Below, piece after piece: positions 12,361 to 25,090 of a stretch of 64,000 nt of DNA. Made by a program: the position numbers and the translations under genes. The stretch is taken from the NCBI RefSeq assembly GCF_009914755.1, contig NC_060935.1. The stretch is one strand, 5' to 3'. Within the stretch, counting starts at the first letter, position 1; each line of letters starts with the position of its first letter. This DNA is from the human T2T-CHM13v2.0 reference genome, Homo sapiens. Below the pieces are notes generated by a model that searched no databases, had not been told where the DNA came from, and saw only the letters and a list, made by a program, of their open reading frames with translations.

Positions 12361-14084
12361 CATTCACTCTCAGTAGCTGTTTTGAGGCACCTGAGCACAC
12401 CCACCTTTTAATTCGAATCCCATAAAGCTCCAGTTGGTTAAAGCTGGACAAACCCCTTTGCGTTAGTGCTTTGACCTGATTTTGAGGTGGTTTCTAAATT
12501 TAGAACTAGCTATGAGTTAAATGCTCTCACTTTATAAAGAACAGCTTGATAACTTTATTTTCTAGAGCAGGATGATAATCTTTAAAAAAGTGACAAAAGA
12601 TACTACTGCTCAAGTTTCATTGATGTCCAAAATAAAGGGGTGAGCATGTGTTCACTTGCTATATATAAGTACACTTCACATGCCACGAGTCTACTTATTC
12701 CCCTTGATCAAATGAGAGCCCCAAAGCTAAGAGAATGTAAATGAGTTTCTAAGATGCTACAGGAATAAGACTGCAGAATGAGGATTTGGACCTGGTTGTA
12801 TCTGGCTTCAAATCTGGTGTTCTGGTTACCTTATGCCTCTGAGGAAGGAAAGATGGGATCAGAGCCCAGATTTAAATTGTATCAGGCAACTCTCTCTCTC
12901 ATAGGTAGACTGTTCTGTTAATGAAGTAGGACCCCTAGTCTTGTTCCTAGTGAAGGCCAATGGTTCTGCACATCCCTGCGCATGCACACACACACACACA
13001 CAATCACAGCTAGACATCACATGCTTGATCCCAGTGAGACTTTTACCAATGGTATGTGGAAAGTCTCGGTGAAGAATAGAGGACACCAGATGAGCATATG
13101 GATGACTCAGTACAACCTGTCACATTGGTTAGGAAATTCAATTTCAAGCCATATTTGCCTTGCTGAGAATGAGTCAGTTGTTCTTTCTCTTCTCTGACAC
13201 GTCAAAGGTTCACCTGAACAGGTCAAGGTTGTCATAGGAAATGGAAGAGCATAAAGAATAATGAAAACAGTCCAAGAAAGGTATTTTGATATTCATCAAA
13301 CATGGAGTTTAGTGTCATTTCACTATATTCTCCATGAAATAAGATTTTTCCAAGAACATTTTTTATAGCAAACAAAGTGGTAAACTGATAGCCTGAACTT
13401 ATATGTATGTCTCTTTTTGGGGGAAAGGTGCTCTAAATCAGTTTTTTAATAGTGTAGACACTTTAAAGTTCTTTCTGTCTATTAAGGGATTTGAGTGATT
13501 CCTTTCCCTCTCTAACAAATGGCTTGGCATTTCTACTGTATGGATTTTTTTTTTTTTTCAAATAGGCATCTCAACCACTAGTCACTTAAAAAAAAGAATT
13601 CTATCATATCTTACCAAATCAATACTTGGTAATAGTAAAGTTCCAACTACTGCCCAGTCATTAGAGGTCTGGTATCTAACCTCTGGAGTATGATTTCTTA
13701 AAAGTAAACTCAGAGGCTGGTAAACACATGGTGATGTAATTCTAGAAATGCTAGCTAATAACTTTATTTGGGTCAGCTTTACAGTCCTGAGGGAATGGAA
13801 GGCTACCACTCAAATGGCTCTTGGCCACTCATGGGTCAGTCTAACCATGGAATACTTTGTTTCAGCAATGACTAACTGTCTAAGAAAGAATGGCAAAGCT
13901 AGCTATTGCCTGTATTTTAAACATCAGGAAACTTCTGGAGTTAGTTCCAGATTACCCATCCCTACTGGGAATCACAGAAAAGAAAATCTGGTAATAGACA
14001 GTTGAAAGTACATGTATCATCCAAAGGACAGGTCATTTAGGAGAACTGAACATTCCCATTCTTATTTCTTGGCTGAGAGACTTA

Positions 14085-14310
14085 GAAGCTGACTTTTGGT
14101 TTTGAAACAGAATCTGCCAGTTACTTGCTATGTGACCTTAGACAAGCCACTTCCCCTCTCTAAGGCTTCATACACTCATTTGAAAATCAGAGTGATACTA
14201 ATAACAATCTCAGAGGGCATCGTTACGATTTAACAAAATTATATATGTAAAATGATTAATATAGTGCCGGATAATTACTAATCACTCAGTCAATGTAAGC
14301 AGTTAATAGT
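14085..14310 (+). mobile_element. MIR SINE
   Basis: gctatgtgaccttagacaagccacttcccctctctaaggcttca core. Confidence 0.8.
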
Positions 14311-14694
14311 AATAACATAATAGCAGCATTAACAATTAGTGCTACAAAGTTATACTTTGTAATTCATCAAACATTTGATGTGCTATAACTCACACCAAAG
14401 TTACACTTTGTTGTTACAAAGTTCATTTGCTTTTTGCATTTAGAATTACATATGACAGCTTTGTGTGTGTGTATGTTGTAATGGTCATGGTGATGATGGT
14501 GGAAAGGAATGCTTATACGCTGGCTATTATCTAGTTCCCTACCTCATGCTAATTTAAGAGGCCTTGAGGCAAGGTTCTGTTGGCTCTTTATATCTGGCCT
14601 AGGCTGCCATGTATATCTGCTCAGGATCTAAAACAACCACAGTCAGAAAGACTCCAGTAATTCAATGGGAATTGAGAGTTGACTCAAGTTTTAT

Positions 14695-15736
14695 CACATT
14701 TTACTTCTCAGTTGCATTGGACATGGTACACCACCTGCTTCCTGAAACACTTTTCACTTGGCTTCTGGAACATGTTGGCTTGGCTCCCTTGCTACCTCAC
14801 TCATCACTCCTTCCCATTTCTCCTCATCATCTTAATCTCTTATTCTGAGAGTGTCTGGGACTGTATTTGGTATTTAGGGCATTTATTCTCTTCTCTATCT
14901 ATAGTCACTCCCTGAGTAATATCATCCATTCTGAGATCTCTTAAAGCCATCTCTATCCTAATCATTTTAAAATTTGTATCTCTAGCACAGAACTTGTTCC
15001 TGAATTCCAGACTCTTACCCAGCAGCCTACTTGAAACATCCACTTGGATATTCGAGGGGCATTGCAAACTTACCTTGTCCCAAACTAAACTCCTGAATTC
15101 CTTCCCTGCTCCTCTTGCACTCTTCCCTATTTCACTGAGTGCCAACTCTCTCCTTACCTTTTAAGGCCACAACTACTGCAATGTTTAACTCCTTTTCTGC
15201 TTTACACTGCACATAAATAATCTAAGGAAATTCTGTCAGCTCTGTCTTCAAAATATGAATAGAATCCAACAGTGTCTCACCGTTTCCATGGTTTCTTCCC
15301 AAGTCCAAGTTATCTGTAGTTTTATATGTGGATTATTATAATAGCCTCTTAATTATCTTTACCTGTTTCACTGACCATCTCTTGTCTGTTTTCAAGTCAA
15401 CATCTACAGTGATCTTTCCAAGGGGTTGAATCTGAGCTTGTCACTCCTTTATTCCTCTGGGATATACCCAGAGGAATATAAAGCATTCTACCGTATTTTT
15501 ATTTTATTTATTTTATTTTATTTATTTTAATTCCTCCAACAGTCTCTCAGCACTCAAAGCCAAGCATTTACAATGGCCCACAGGGCCCTAGTGACCTATT
15601 TCTTCTACCTCAACCTCTTTAACTTCATTTCTCATTCACTCTTTAATTCTGTTGCATTTTAACCTCTTTATCTTCTTTGAGCAAGTGGTCGTACTCCGAC
15701 CACACAGGCCCTTTGTACTTGCTGTCCCATCTGCCT

Positions 15737-15801
<65 letters not shown>

Positions 15802-16157
15802 TTTCTCTTTCTCTCTCTCACTGGGTACACTGAATGAAATCATAGATCCATCTATCTTTCTACCTTTGCCCTGAACAATAGTCCCTCTCTCTCCACGTTA
15901 ATCTGCGCTTAAACTTTTTCCTTTTACAGCATTTAAAACTGCCTGATTTTATAGAAAGATAGAATAAATATTCATTCACACATTCATATACATAGATGAG
16001 TTATAATTTATTTTCTCTACTTCTATCAGAATGTAAGCTACATAGATGGTATTTACATTTACATTTTGCTTATTGCTGTATTCCCAGATCTTAGAAAAAA
16101 TGCTTGACAAGAAAAAGGTACTTACTGAATATTTGTTGAATGAATAAATGAATAAAT
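14695..16157 (+). mobile_element. L2 LINE 3' portion (L2a-like)
   Basis: cttcctgaaacacttttcacttggcttc, cctgaattccagactc, catccacttggatat, tttgtacttgctgtcccatctgcctgg; tail gaatatttgttgaatgaataaatgaat. Confidence 0.85.
15740..15819. repeat. (CA)n microsatellite (~30 units, one interruption) followed by (CT)n
   Basis: Direct reading. Confidence 0.95.
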
Positions 16158-16547
16158 TGAATCTTTATCAAGCTGAAGTTATTCCTACCAGAGGCACTAC
16201 TCTTGAAAAACTTACCAGCCACAGATTTTCTTGCATTGCAAAGGACCTTAGACACTCAGTGTATCCTCCTAATTTTATGAGTATTCAGATACTCAGAAAT
16301 AAATAGTGGTTGTCTTAGGCCTTGGAGTAAATAAGTAAAATATTAAGGTCCAGACTGTCAGTTTCTTAACTCTTACTCAGTATGGTGTTCTATAGTCTTA
16401 AGACATGTCAGAAACCTCCAAAAGAAATTGTAGAGGGCCTAATACTGGGGATAATGTGGATATTATAGCAACAGGGACAAGTCCAGGGCTTGACAAGGAC
16501 ACTTAAAACAGCAATAAGCAGCAGAGTTCACTGGGAAATTAGGGCAG

Positions 16548-17230
16548 GAAAAAAATAACAGATGCTGGCAACGTTGTAGAGAAAAGAGAACAATTATGCA
16601 CCATTGATGGGAGTGTAAATTAGTTCAACCATTATGGAAAGTAGTGTGGTGATTCCTCAAAGAGCTAAAAACAGAACTACCATTCAACCCAGCAATCCCA
16701 ATACCGTGGATATACCCAGAGGAATATAAAGCATTCTACCATAAAGACACATGCATGCGAATGTTCATTGCAGCACTATTCACAATGGCAAAGACATGGA
16801 ATCAACCTAAATATTCATCAGTCACAGACTGGATAAAGAAAACGTGAGACATACACACCATGGAATACTATATAGCAAGATCTTGTCTTTTGTGAGAATA
16901 TAAATGGAGCTACAGGTCATTATCCTTAGAAACCTAATGCAGAAACAGAAAACCAAATATCACGTGTTCTCACTTGTAAGTGGGAGTTAAGTGATGAGAA
17001 CTCATGGACACAAAAAAAGGAACAACATACATTGGGGCCTAGTTGAGGGTGGAGGGTAAGAGGAGGGAGAGGAGCAGAAAAAATAGTTATTCAGTACTAG
17101 GCTTAGTACCTGGGTGATGAAATATTCTGTAAATGAACCCCTGTTACACGAGTTTATATATATAACAAACTTGCACATGTACCCCTGAACTTAAAATAAA
17201 AGTTAAAAAAACAAAAATAATAAAATGTAA
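16548..17230 (+). mobile_element. 5'-truncated L1 (L1PA15/L1PA16-like): ORF2 end and 3' UTR
   Basis: aacagatgctggc, gattcctcaaagagctaaaaacagaactaccattcaacccagcaatccca, tactaggcttagtacctgggtgatgaaat, gcacatgtacccctgaacttaaaataaaag, A-rich tail. Confidence 0.92.
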
Positions 17231-17269
17231 AATGTGGTTCAAAAAGAAGAGGTCATAAAGACTGAAGAA

Positions 17270-17690
17270 AGGTTTGTTCATTGTCAATTGGTTAATTTGT
17301 TCATAATCCACTGCTTATGCCAGTTCCTGTACTAGGGGCTGAAGGACACAGACAAATTGTACTTGCTGTGCCAGGGGCTGACATTCTTTTCAGCTGGGTG
17401 AGTAGGAGATGTGGAACAAGGTATACTTGAGGAGGATTTCACAGAAAAGGTGAGATCTGAATTAAGTCTCAGAAAATAAGTGGACCCCAGTAGGTAGAGA
17501 AGAAGTGAGGAGGTGGAAAGATAGTGAGCAGCATGGGCAAAGTCATAGTGGTATGATAGTGCATATATTCAGGGACTAAACATTAGCCAATAGGACAGGA
17601 GAGGTAGGTTAGTGGAAGGGGTAAGGAGGAGAGGGAGGACTGGGAAGATGGACTGAGGCCAGACGGCGCATGGTGAATGGTATCTTAAAG
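17270..17690 (-). mobile_element. L2 remnant
   Basis: tatgccagttcctgtactaggggctg; ggatttcacagaaaaggtgagatctgaattaagtct. Confidence 0.6.
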
Positions 17691-19559
17691 CTTAAACCTC
17701 TAAACACCTTGCTGAAGGAGGGTCTCTCTTTCTCTCTCTCTCCTCTTTCTCTCTTTCTTTCTTTCATTTTTGCTAAAACTCAAAAAGGCCTTCAATGCTA
17801 TTCTGATATTCCACCAACTTTCTTAGATATCAATTTTTCTATTATTTGCTTCTAGAGATTCTAAGCAAATTTTCATGTGCTTCTATTATGAGGAAAATAA
17901 TAAGATTTTTTCATTAATATATGTCACATGCACAGATGTAGTTTAGCAGGGCCCAAACTTGGTTCTAATGTACAATGTATAGGCATGCTGTGAGAGAAGA
18001 TTGAAAGAAAAAAATATATCTTGTATTGTACATTCTGATCTGTAACTCTTTTCAGGGAAAAGAATGTATAAATTTATTTATTTATATACCTAAGTCTTAA
18101 TGCAGAGAATATTTTATTTATATTATAAAAATCCCAGGTGAGGAGCCAACAGAGTAATTTTAAAGTATCAAAGAGGAGTTTACCTGGTGTAAATTGCATT
18201 CAAGGAAAAGATAAATATTCGATTTTTGTAGCATGACTCTCCTTTACATTACCATAAAATGGATGAAAACAATAAAAACTGCCAGAAAGTTCTGAAAAGC
18301 CAGTGATTCTTTTTAATAAAAGATGAGTGGTCTGTGTATATTACTGTGATTAATCAAAATGATACAATATTTATTTGCATTTGTCAGGCAAGGTGCTGAA
18401 ATTTTCTTAGTAGATGTTAGTGAAGATAGGAACACAGTGTAGCAGCAGCACTGTCTCCTTCCTTTTAATTGACAAATAACTACAGAGAGAACGGTCAGAA
18501 ACTGGAAGAGAGCAGGGAAAATAGATGAATTCTTCCCAGATGATGCAGGGGCCCTGTTAATGGAATTCTGTTCACATAGTCTAGAGCTCAGACCTGCCTT
18601 GGTTTAATCAGCTTGCTGAACATTACAGTTGAGTATAGCCATGTTGATCCAGGTCTCTACATACATAATTTATTTCCCCTAAATTAGGTCTTGTTAAGTT
18701 CCCATTGTTTGACACATTATATTGAAAGTGCAATGGTGAGAATATGGTACCGTATCAGGTTTATGTATGTATGTGTCTCTGTATATACTTTAAAAATTTA
18801 TACATAGAGCTCCAGTGTTGATGCATATCACTCTATCCCAGGCATTTGATGACTACAGAAAAATATTGGATGTTAAGCAGGATATCAACTTCTTCTATTT
18901 TGGCAATTATGTAGGCCCAGCTTTGCTGAAAATAAGGCCCATCCACCCTTGCAGAATTGAATAAGTCACAAGGATACAGCACTTAACACCTGTCCTGGTT
19001 GTGAGCAAGGTCTGCACTAATTCATCAAGTCCTGCAGTGAGGGATTCCACAAGAGCTGCTCATGACAAGCACAACAGAGACAAATATTTAAAACCCAAGG
19101 ATTTTGGACACATTGTTTTCAATGCCTTTTGGAAAATTTTTGCAAAAAATACAGTTTTTGTTTCTTTGTTTTCCATCCATGGTTGAAAGAAAGAAATTCA
19201 AAAAAGTCTAAGGAGTTGGAGTGAAAAAGTGGCAGGCAAACCTGAAACACACTCATTTTTATGACATGTGATACTTAGACATTAGCAATTTCATAACCAG
19301 ACCCAGAGTAAGACCAGAGAAAATGCTGGTAATTATATTGCCAGTAAAGTGGCCCAAAAAATGGAAATTTTTTGAATTCCACCCATGATTTTTTTACTAT
19401 GATTAAAATACAATTAAAATATTAAGAAAAATTCAAAATTGCCTTGTAACTGGTTTTAGAGTGGCAGTGTTCTTCATGTAAAGCGTTATGTTTGTCAAAA
19501 ACGTACACATTTGGTCTTATAGTCCTCATTGCTGATTCCTGACACTGTAAAAGGAGAAC

Positions 19560-19910
19560 CTGGTTTTCTGAGGTGATGATATTTATAGTTCGGCATCATC
19601 AAAAAGCAATTCCTTGCTTATGTGGGATTCGAAGCCCAGCCAGGTCTCCCTTGTGACTCATTCGGCATTCATCCGGGGATCTATGCTTGCCTGCCTGTGC
19701 AGCGTTCTCATGAATCCTTAATTCCTTTTGAACTCAGTAATGCCAGAGTCACTTTCCATCAACCCGCCCACTCAGCTGAATTGCGCCAGCCTTTTGCGCA
19801 AAGCATCACACTCCTGTTGTAAGATTGATTGGGTGTTGAGCCACCGCCACAAAGACAAAGGAGGTCAGATTCAGCCCCTGCAGTTTGATTTTAAGACCTG
19901 ATGTCATCAT
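19560..19910. promoter_or_regulatory. Candidate enhancer/promoter (CpG-retaining unique sequence)
   Basis: 9 CpGs in ~260 bp; TGACTCA 19654-19660, CCCGCCC 19763-19769, TTGCGCAA 19794-19801, ATTGG 19828-19832, ACAAAG x2, TGATGTCA 19899-19906. Confidence 0.5.
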
Positions 19911-20764
19911 CATCCTGACTTCCAGAACTGATGCTGATACAATTTTCTGACACCTACCTATATGTAACCCATGTCTTGTTGAACTAACTTTATTAGCACT
20001 TCATCACTGATAATGCAATAACATATTAATGACGTGTTGCTCTTACCCTTTGTCTGCAAAGCAAAAGGGTTGAAACTAAAATAACATGGTGAGCCAGATC
20101 AGTCTGATGTGTAGCCAACCCTGTATCGTGGCATCTTTCTTATTCCCTGACTGCTTTTCTCTGGGATGATAGGGCAGGGATGGCTGGAGTGCTGGCCAGA
20201 TGTCCAACACAGGGTACTGCTCTAGGCTCTAGGATTTTGCAACTCAGGAAACCAGCATGGCTACTCATAAGGGTCAGAATATGGGCAAGTCAGAGAGCAA
20301 GCTCAAATCTAGTCCATATGTCCATAAGTGAGCACAGAACTAAAAATGTATGACCAAGCCAAGGGATCAGGTGTAAGACAGGGAGATGGACTCAGCATAG
20401 GTGCAAGGGCAGGGGCAGGGAAGCTGGATTTCAGACAGTTATGAAGAAGAGGCTGTTGTGATGGTGGCTTTCTAAAATTGGTTACCCGCAGAGTTGCATG
20501 TATTAGGTTGGCCTAGTTTAGAAGCACAAAGTAGAGGGTTGGTAATATGCAAAATACTAGAGAGGTTGAAAACTTACTTAGATAGTATTGGATTACATGA
20601 CTGAGCTCTCCCCAGTGGCTCTTTAGTACCTGGAGCTAGAGGTAAGTCAGATGTGGCCCCTGCCTGTGTTCACCATCTGCACAAGGAGACAGGAATGTAA
20701 ATAAAAATATTACAACACTCCCAGGATTGCTGGGACGTAATAGTCTCATTCTACCAAGAAGGTA

Positions 20765-21020
20765 GTAATAATGGCTGACATTTATTGAAAACTCACTGTA
20801 TACCACCAGGCACTATGTTAATTGCTTTACCTTTATTTCTCACTGTATACCACCAGGTACTATGTTAATTTCTTTACCACATTAAATTCTTACAACCATA
20901 TGAGGAAGTGCTATTATTTATATTTTATAGATTAAGCAAATGGAGGCTAAAAGAATTTAAACAATAATCACCCAATGTTGCACAGCTAACTAGTGGTGAA
21001 GTCCAACTCCGACTTAGACT
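20765..21020 (-). mobile_element. MIR SINE with internal 40-bp tandem duplication
   Basis: gctgacatttattga...aggcactatg...ttttatagat...gaggctaa...cacagctaactagtgg; duplicated 20792-20831/20839-20878. Confidence 0.8.
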
Positions 21021-21424
21021 TTGACCTCTACATGAGTCTGTTCTGGGAGACACATTTTAAGATGGATGTTGGGAAATATAGAACTTGACAGGAGTGTTAA
21101 GAACGGTGTGGAGATGGGAATCCACAATCTATGAGCACGTCTCTCCTCAACCCCTTCCAATGAGTCGGCTGAGACTGAACATAAAGGGCTAGAGGGGGAG
21201 GTACAAACTCTGGCTTCAGGTGTGAATGATGAAAGGGTTATGGCAGACTGTTTCACTTGGTATAGAAGGAAAAGAGATTCATCTGCAGATTCCCAAACCA
21301 CTTACTTGGCTCTGAGTGCCAGGTTCCTCTGGCACCTCAGCAGAATGTTGGGGTAACTGATAGATCTTGGGAAGTTCTGCTAGTGAACAACAACTACAAA
21401 GATAAGAGCATCCACATCATGTTG

Positions 21425-21900
21425 ATTTAGGAGAAGACATTTAATAGAACTGTCCACATTTGAAGAGTTGTCATATGAAAGAGAAAAAATAAATTTGTCC
21501 CTTGTGATTCTAATGAATGCAACTGAGACCAATCATTGGAAATGATAGGAGGCAGATTGCAACTCAGTAAAAAATTATTTTTCAACAACTAAAGCTAACA
21601 AATGCAGAAGCTTGTGGTAGTGTCAGTTCTTCATCACTAGAGGTATTCACACAGAGACCATGTCACTTTCTGTCGAGAGGGGTAGTTTTCAAATTTTAGA
21701 ATTCATAAGAATAATTTCTGGCATGGCAGCCAGATTCTGGCTCAGGAGGTCCTCATAAGCATCAAGAATCTCTCCTTTTAATAAGCGAACTAGAGGATTC
21801 TGATGCAGATTAGGAGTAACAATCTGCAGATTGTAAAAGAGATAATTATTTTTAAAGGAGAAGTTAGATTCCATGATGAAGTTTCCATCCAGCTCTATGT
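21425..21900 (+). mobile_element. L3/CR1 LINE 3' fragment with probable MER5-type insertion (~21680-21840)
   Basis: ggaggcagattgcaactcagtaaa, ttcttcatcactagaggtattca; MER5-like caagaatctctccttttaataagc...gattctgatgcag. Confidence 0.6.
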
Positions 21901-22004
21901 CCAGACCATGCTGATCTATTTCTTCCCAGGGTTCCTGTTTTTTGTATAGTCTTTATCACATAATTTAATATTTTATTATATTTTGTCTCCCTCTTCTAAT
22001 CATT

Positions 22005-22135
22005 TCCCTCATCCCACAAATATTTACTGATAATTTACCATGTGCCAAGCACCATTCTAGGCACTGGCGAGACATTATAGAGCCAAGCAGACAAAGCAGC
22101 CTGACCTTATGGAGCTGATAAGCTAGTGAAGGGAG
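22005..22135 (-). mobile_element. L2 3' end
   Basis: caaatatttactga...accatgtgccaagcaccattctaggcactgg...gaccttatggagct. Confidence 0.75.
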
Positions 22136-22583
22136 ATTTTTAAAACCCCAAATATATCAGTTATTTTATAAATTTTTCCTCCATACAACCAGATGCAAAC
22201 TCTTTTGGGAAGGACTCTGTCTTATTTAGTATTTTATGTAGTGTCTAGAACAATGCTCTGCAATAACAGGTACTCAAAAGTATATTTTAAAGCAATGATG
22301 GAACAATAAAATAAGAATACACTTGGAGAAAAACAGCAAAAATTTATATTTTCTGTTATAAATGAGGCTAATCTCAATGGTTTAACTGAGGATTTCTTTG
22401 TGCTTTAGGATGGAGAATTTTTGTAAGCCAAAGGACTTTTTTCTGCATTAATAGAAAACATATCCAGAACAATTGATACAAGCTTCTCAAGTTTTGCAGG
22501 TCACAGTCTTACAGCAGTAGTGAAAAACTGAAAGACATCCAGAATACAGATGACAAGGGTTCTTGACACACTATGGTATGAGA

Positions 22584-22792
22584 CAGTGGCCAACAAACTA
22601 TTTTTTAAAGGGCCAGGTTATTCAATATTTTGGGGCTGTACACTCTCTCTCACAGCTAGTCAATTCTGCCATTCTAGTATAAAAGCAGCTTAGAAAATAT
22701 GTAATTGAATGGACATGTTCTAATAAAACTTTATTTACAAAAACAGGTGAAAGGCTGGATACAGCTCTTGGATCACAGTTTGCAGACAGCTG
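22584..22792 (+). mobile_element. MER58A (hAT-Charlie MITE)
   Basis: CAG...CTG ends; aaagggccag, ctaataaaactttatttacaaaaacagg; degenerate 8-bp TSD gtatgaga/ctataaga. Confidence 0.85.
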
Positions 22793-22834
22793 CTATAAGA
22801 TAAATAGTTCAAAGAACTGAGGTGTTTAGCTGGG

Positions 22835-23213
22835 TGTATTAGTTCATTCTCACATTGCTATAAAGAAATACTTGAAACTGTGTAACTTACAAAGAAAATA
22901 GGTTTAATTGGCTCATGGTGCTGCAGGCTGTGCAGGAAGCATAGCAGCATCAGCTTCTGGGAAGGTCTCAGGGAACTTACAATCATGGCGGAAGGCAGGG
23001 AAGGAGCCATGCACTTCACATGGCTGGAGCAGAAGAGAGATGTGAGGAGGTGCCACACGCTTTTAAAAACCCGGATCTCATGAGAACTCTACAGCATCAA
23101 AGCAGGAAATCTGCCCCCATGATCCAATCACCTCCTACCAGGCCCCATCTCCAACACTGGGGATTACAATTTGACATGAGACTTGGGTGAGGACATAAAT
23201 CCAAACCATATCT
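22835..23213 (-). mobile_element. MSTA solo LTR (MaLR)
   Basis: tgtattagttcattctcacattgctataaagaaatac ... catgatccaatcacctcctaccaggcccc ... atccaaaccatatc. Confidence 0.9.
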
Positions 23214-24769
23214 CTTGAAGAAGACAGAAAGAGACCACCGTTACTATTTTTGGATATTTGAATGACTTTCCTGCAGAAGAAGGATTTGACCTACACTAGA
23301 AAAACGGAGGATTTATGTCTAATATTTTAATAGAATTCTCCAGGTAGTTATGAGTTTAATGAGTTTACCGATACTGGAGGTGTTCAAGCAAACATTGGAT
23401 GCCCACTTCTTGAGACTGTTCCAGAGCAGGCAAGGGAGTCTGGTGAACAATTTGATTAAATGTCCTTTAAGGTCCTTTTCAACCATGGGATTCTCTCACG
23501 AATATGAAGTTTAGTGAACAGAGCAGGGCCTAACATATGCCGAGATTGACACACAGACACAGGTAAATGATACCCCAGCAATTTCACATGTTAAAATTTA
23601 TCTGTGGTAAATGAATGACTGAGTGAAAAGCAATCTCTGCTAAATGTTAGGTACCCATATTAATAAGCAGGTTAAAAATAGCCAGATTAAAAACAGTTAA
23701 CATCAGGTAAATATCATTTCTATTTTCAGTAAGCTTGATTTACAGTCTTTTACGATTATATCTGGGTTAAATGGATTGGTCATTCAAAAACTAAGTGGCT
23801 GTCTCTCAATCACATAGATTAAAAAGAGAGGGAAGACTCCATCCTACCTTTTAGAATTCAAAAATTTTTAATTTTTTATCTTTTGGACTTCTTGTAAAAT
23901 TTCTTTTTGTGCCTTATGATGTTTTGCATTAATGAAGTTGTAAATGCTAAAACAGCACAAATTCATCCTCACCAATGGATGTGTAGATCTATAAAATTAA
24001 TAAACAATGATTTATTGGGAGCCTATCGCTCCACTGAAGAAACTGAGAACCAGACAGTGCCTGAAGGTTGAACATGACAAGGAGCTAAATGGTTTAAAAT
24101 TTGTGGCTATCCTTAATATGCTACCCATGTGTGCCAATGAGGCAAATCTTCAGTCAGCTTGAGCCTGGTCTCCACCTCCCAGTGGAGGGTCAGAAGGGGT
24201 GAGTGATTCCAATCAATATCCAGTTGTTAGAGTAACAGCCATGTTGGTTCTGGATGGCTGACTGGGCAAAAACATGTTTGTTCTACTTAATGTGACAGTG
24301 TCTTGTCAAATTAACAGCCATGGTGGCAGGAACAAGCTTGCTTAATGGGTTAGAGTCAGTTCCACAGAGAATCTATCATCAACATGCAGCTGAGAGGAAT
24401 CCCAAACCTCATTACCAGGGTTTATTTGTAGATAATAACGGAAGGTATGCCATGTACTTACAACGCATTTGTTTGGTTTTTTTGGCAACTCAGTTTAATG
24501 GTCTTTATCAAGTGTTGCCCTTTTAACTCCCCAAAACTCTGTATGCTCATGCTTAGTCTGTGTTTAAATACACTAAGTAAAGTACAATATTTAAGCAGCT
24601 ATGTTAAGATGTTGTAGCAAGATAGAATGATTATTTGAAATAACCACATATTAGATGTGCAGGGCAGTGGGGGAAAGGAAGTACTCTGGTGAGTGCTTTA
24701 ACCCTGCACTTCATGGTGAATATTTAAATGTACTTTTCCTCCCTAGAGGTGAGCTGTTGTTCCAAAGCC

Positions 24770-25090
24770 AGAATCATAAACTGCCTGCCAGATTTCTCTC
24801 ACAGTTAAATTGCATTTGGGCCATATAGTGGTTTTTAAAAATTGAAATGCTTTCTATCACTTAGAAAAAAGAAAATTTCACATGCAGTTCTAGGTGTTTC
24901 CTTTCAATGAAAAATTCAGAGAAGTCAGCAGCATAGGCCAGCTTTTCACAGGGCAGTAGTTTTCTGGAGCTGTGTGTTAGTTCATCTTCTCTAGATAGGC
25001 TGAGCATTCTCCATGGTGTCTACTGTGCCTGCTTTATTCATCTATGTGACCTAACCAGCCCCTTGAAACATTGAAATTTTCCATCTGTGA
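24770..25090 (+). mobile_element. MER102-like hAT DNA transposon remnant
   Basis: aaaatttcacat...gaaaaattcagagaag...ctggagctg...ttcatctatgtgaccta...gcccct. Confidence 0.6.

Larger units (their letters stand above)
22545..23495 (+). mobile_element. L3/CR1 LINE 3' fragment interrupted by MER58A and MSTA
   Basis: aagaactgaggtgtttagc|...|agaagacaga, actggaggtgttcaagca, tail cctttaaggtccttttcaacc. Confidence 0.7.

Noticed and set aside
19615-19650. tRNA or tRNA-derived SINE (minus-strand gcttcgaatccc resembles a B-box)
   Set aside because: No A-box at suitable distance and no cloverleaf
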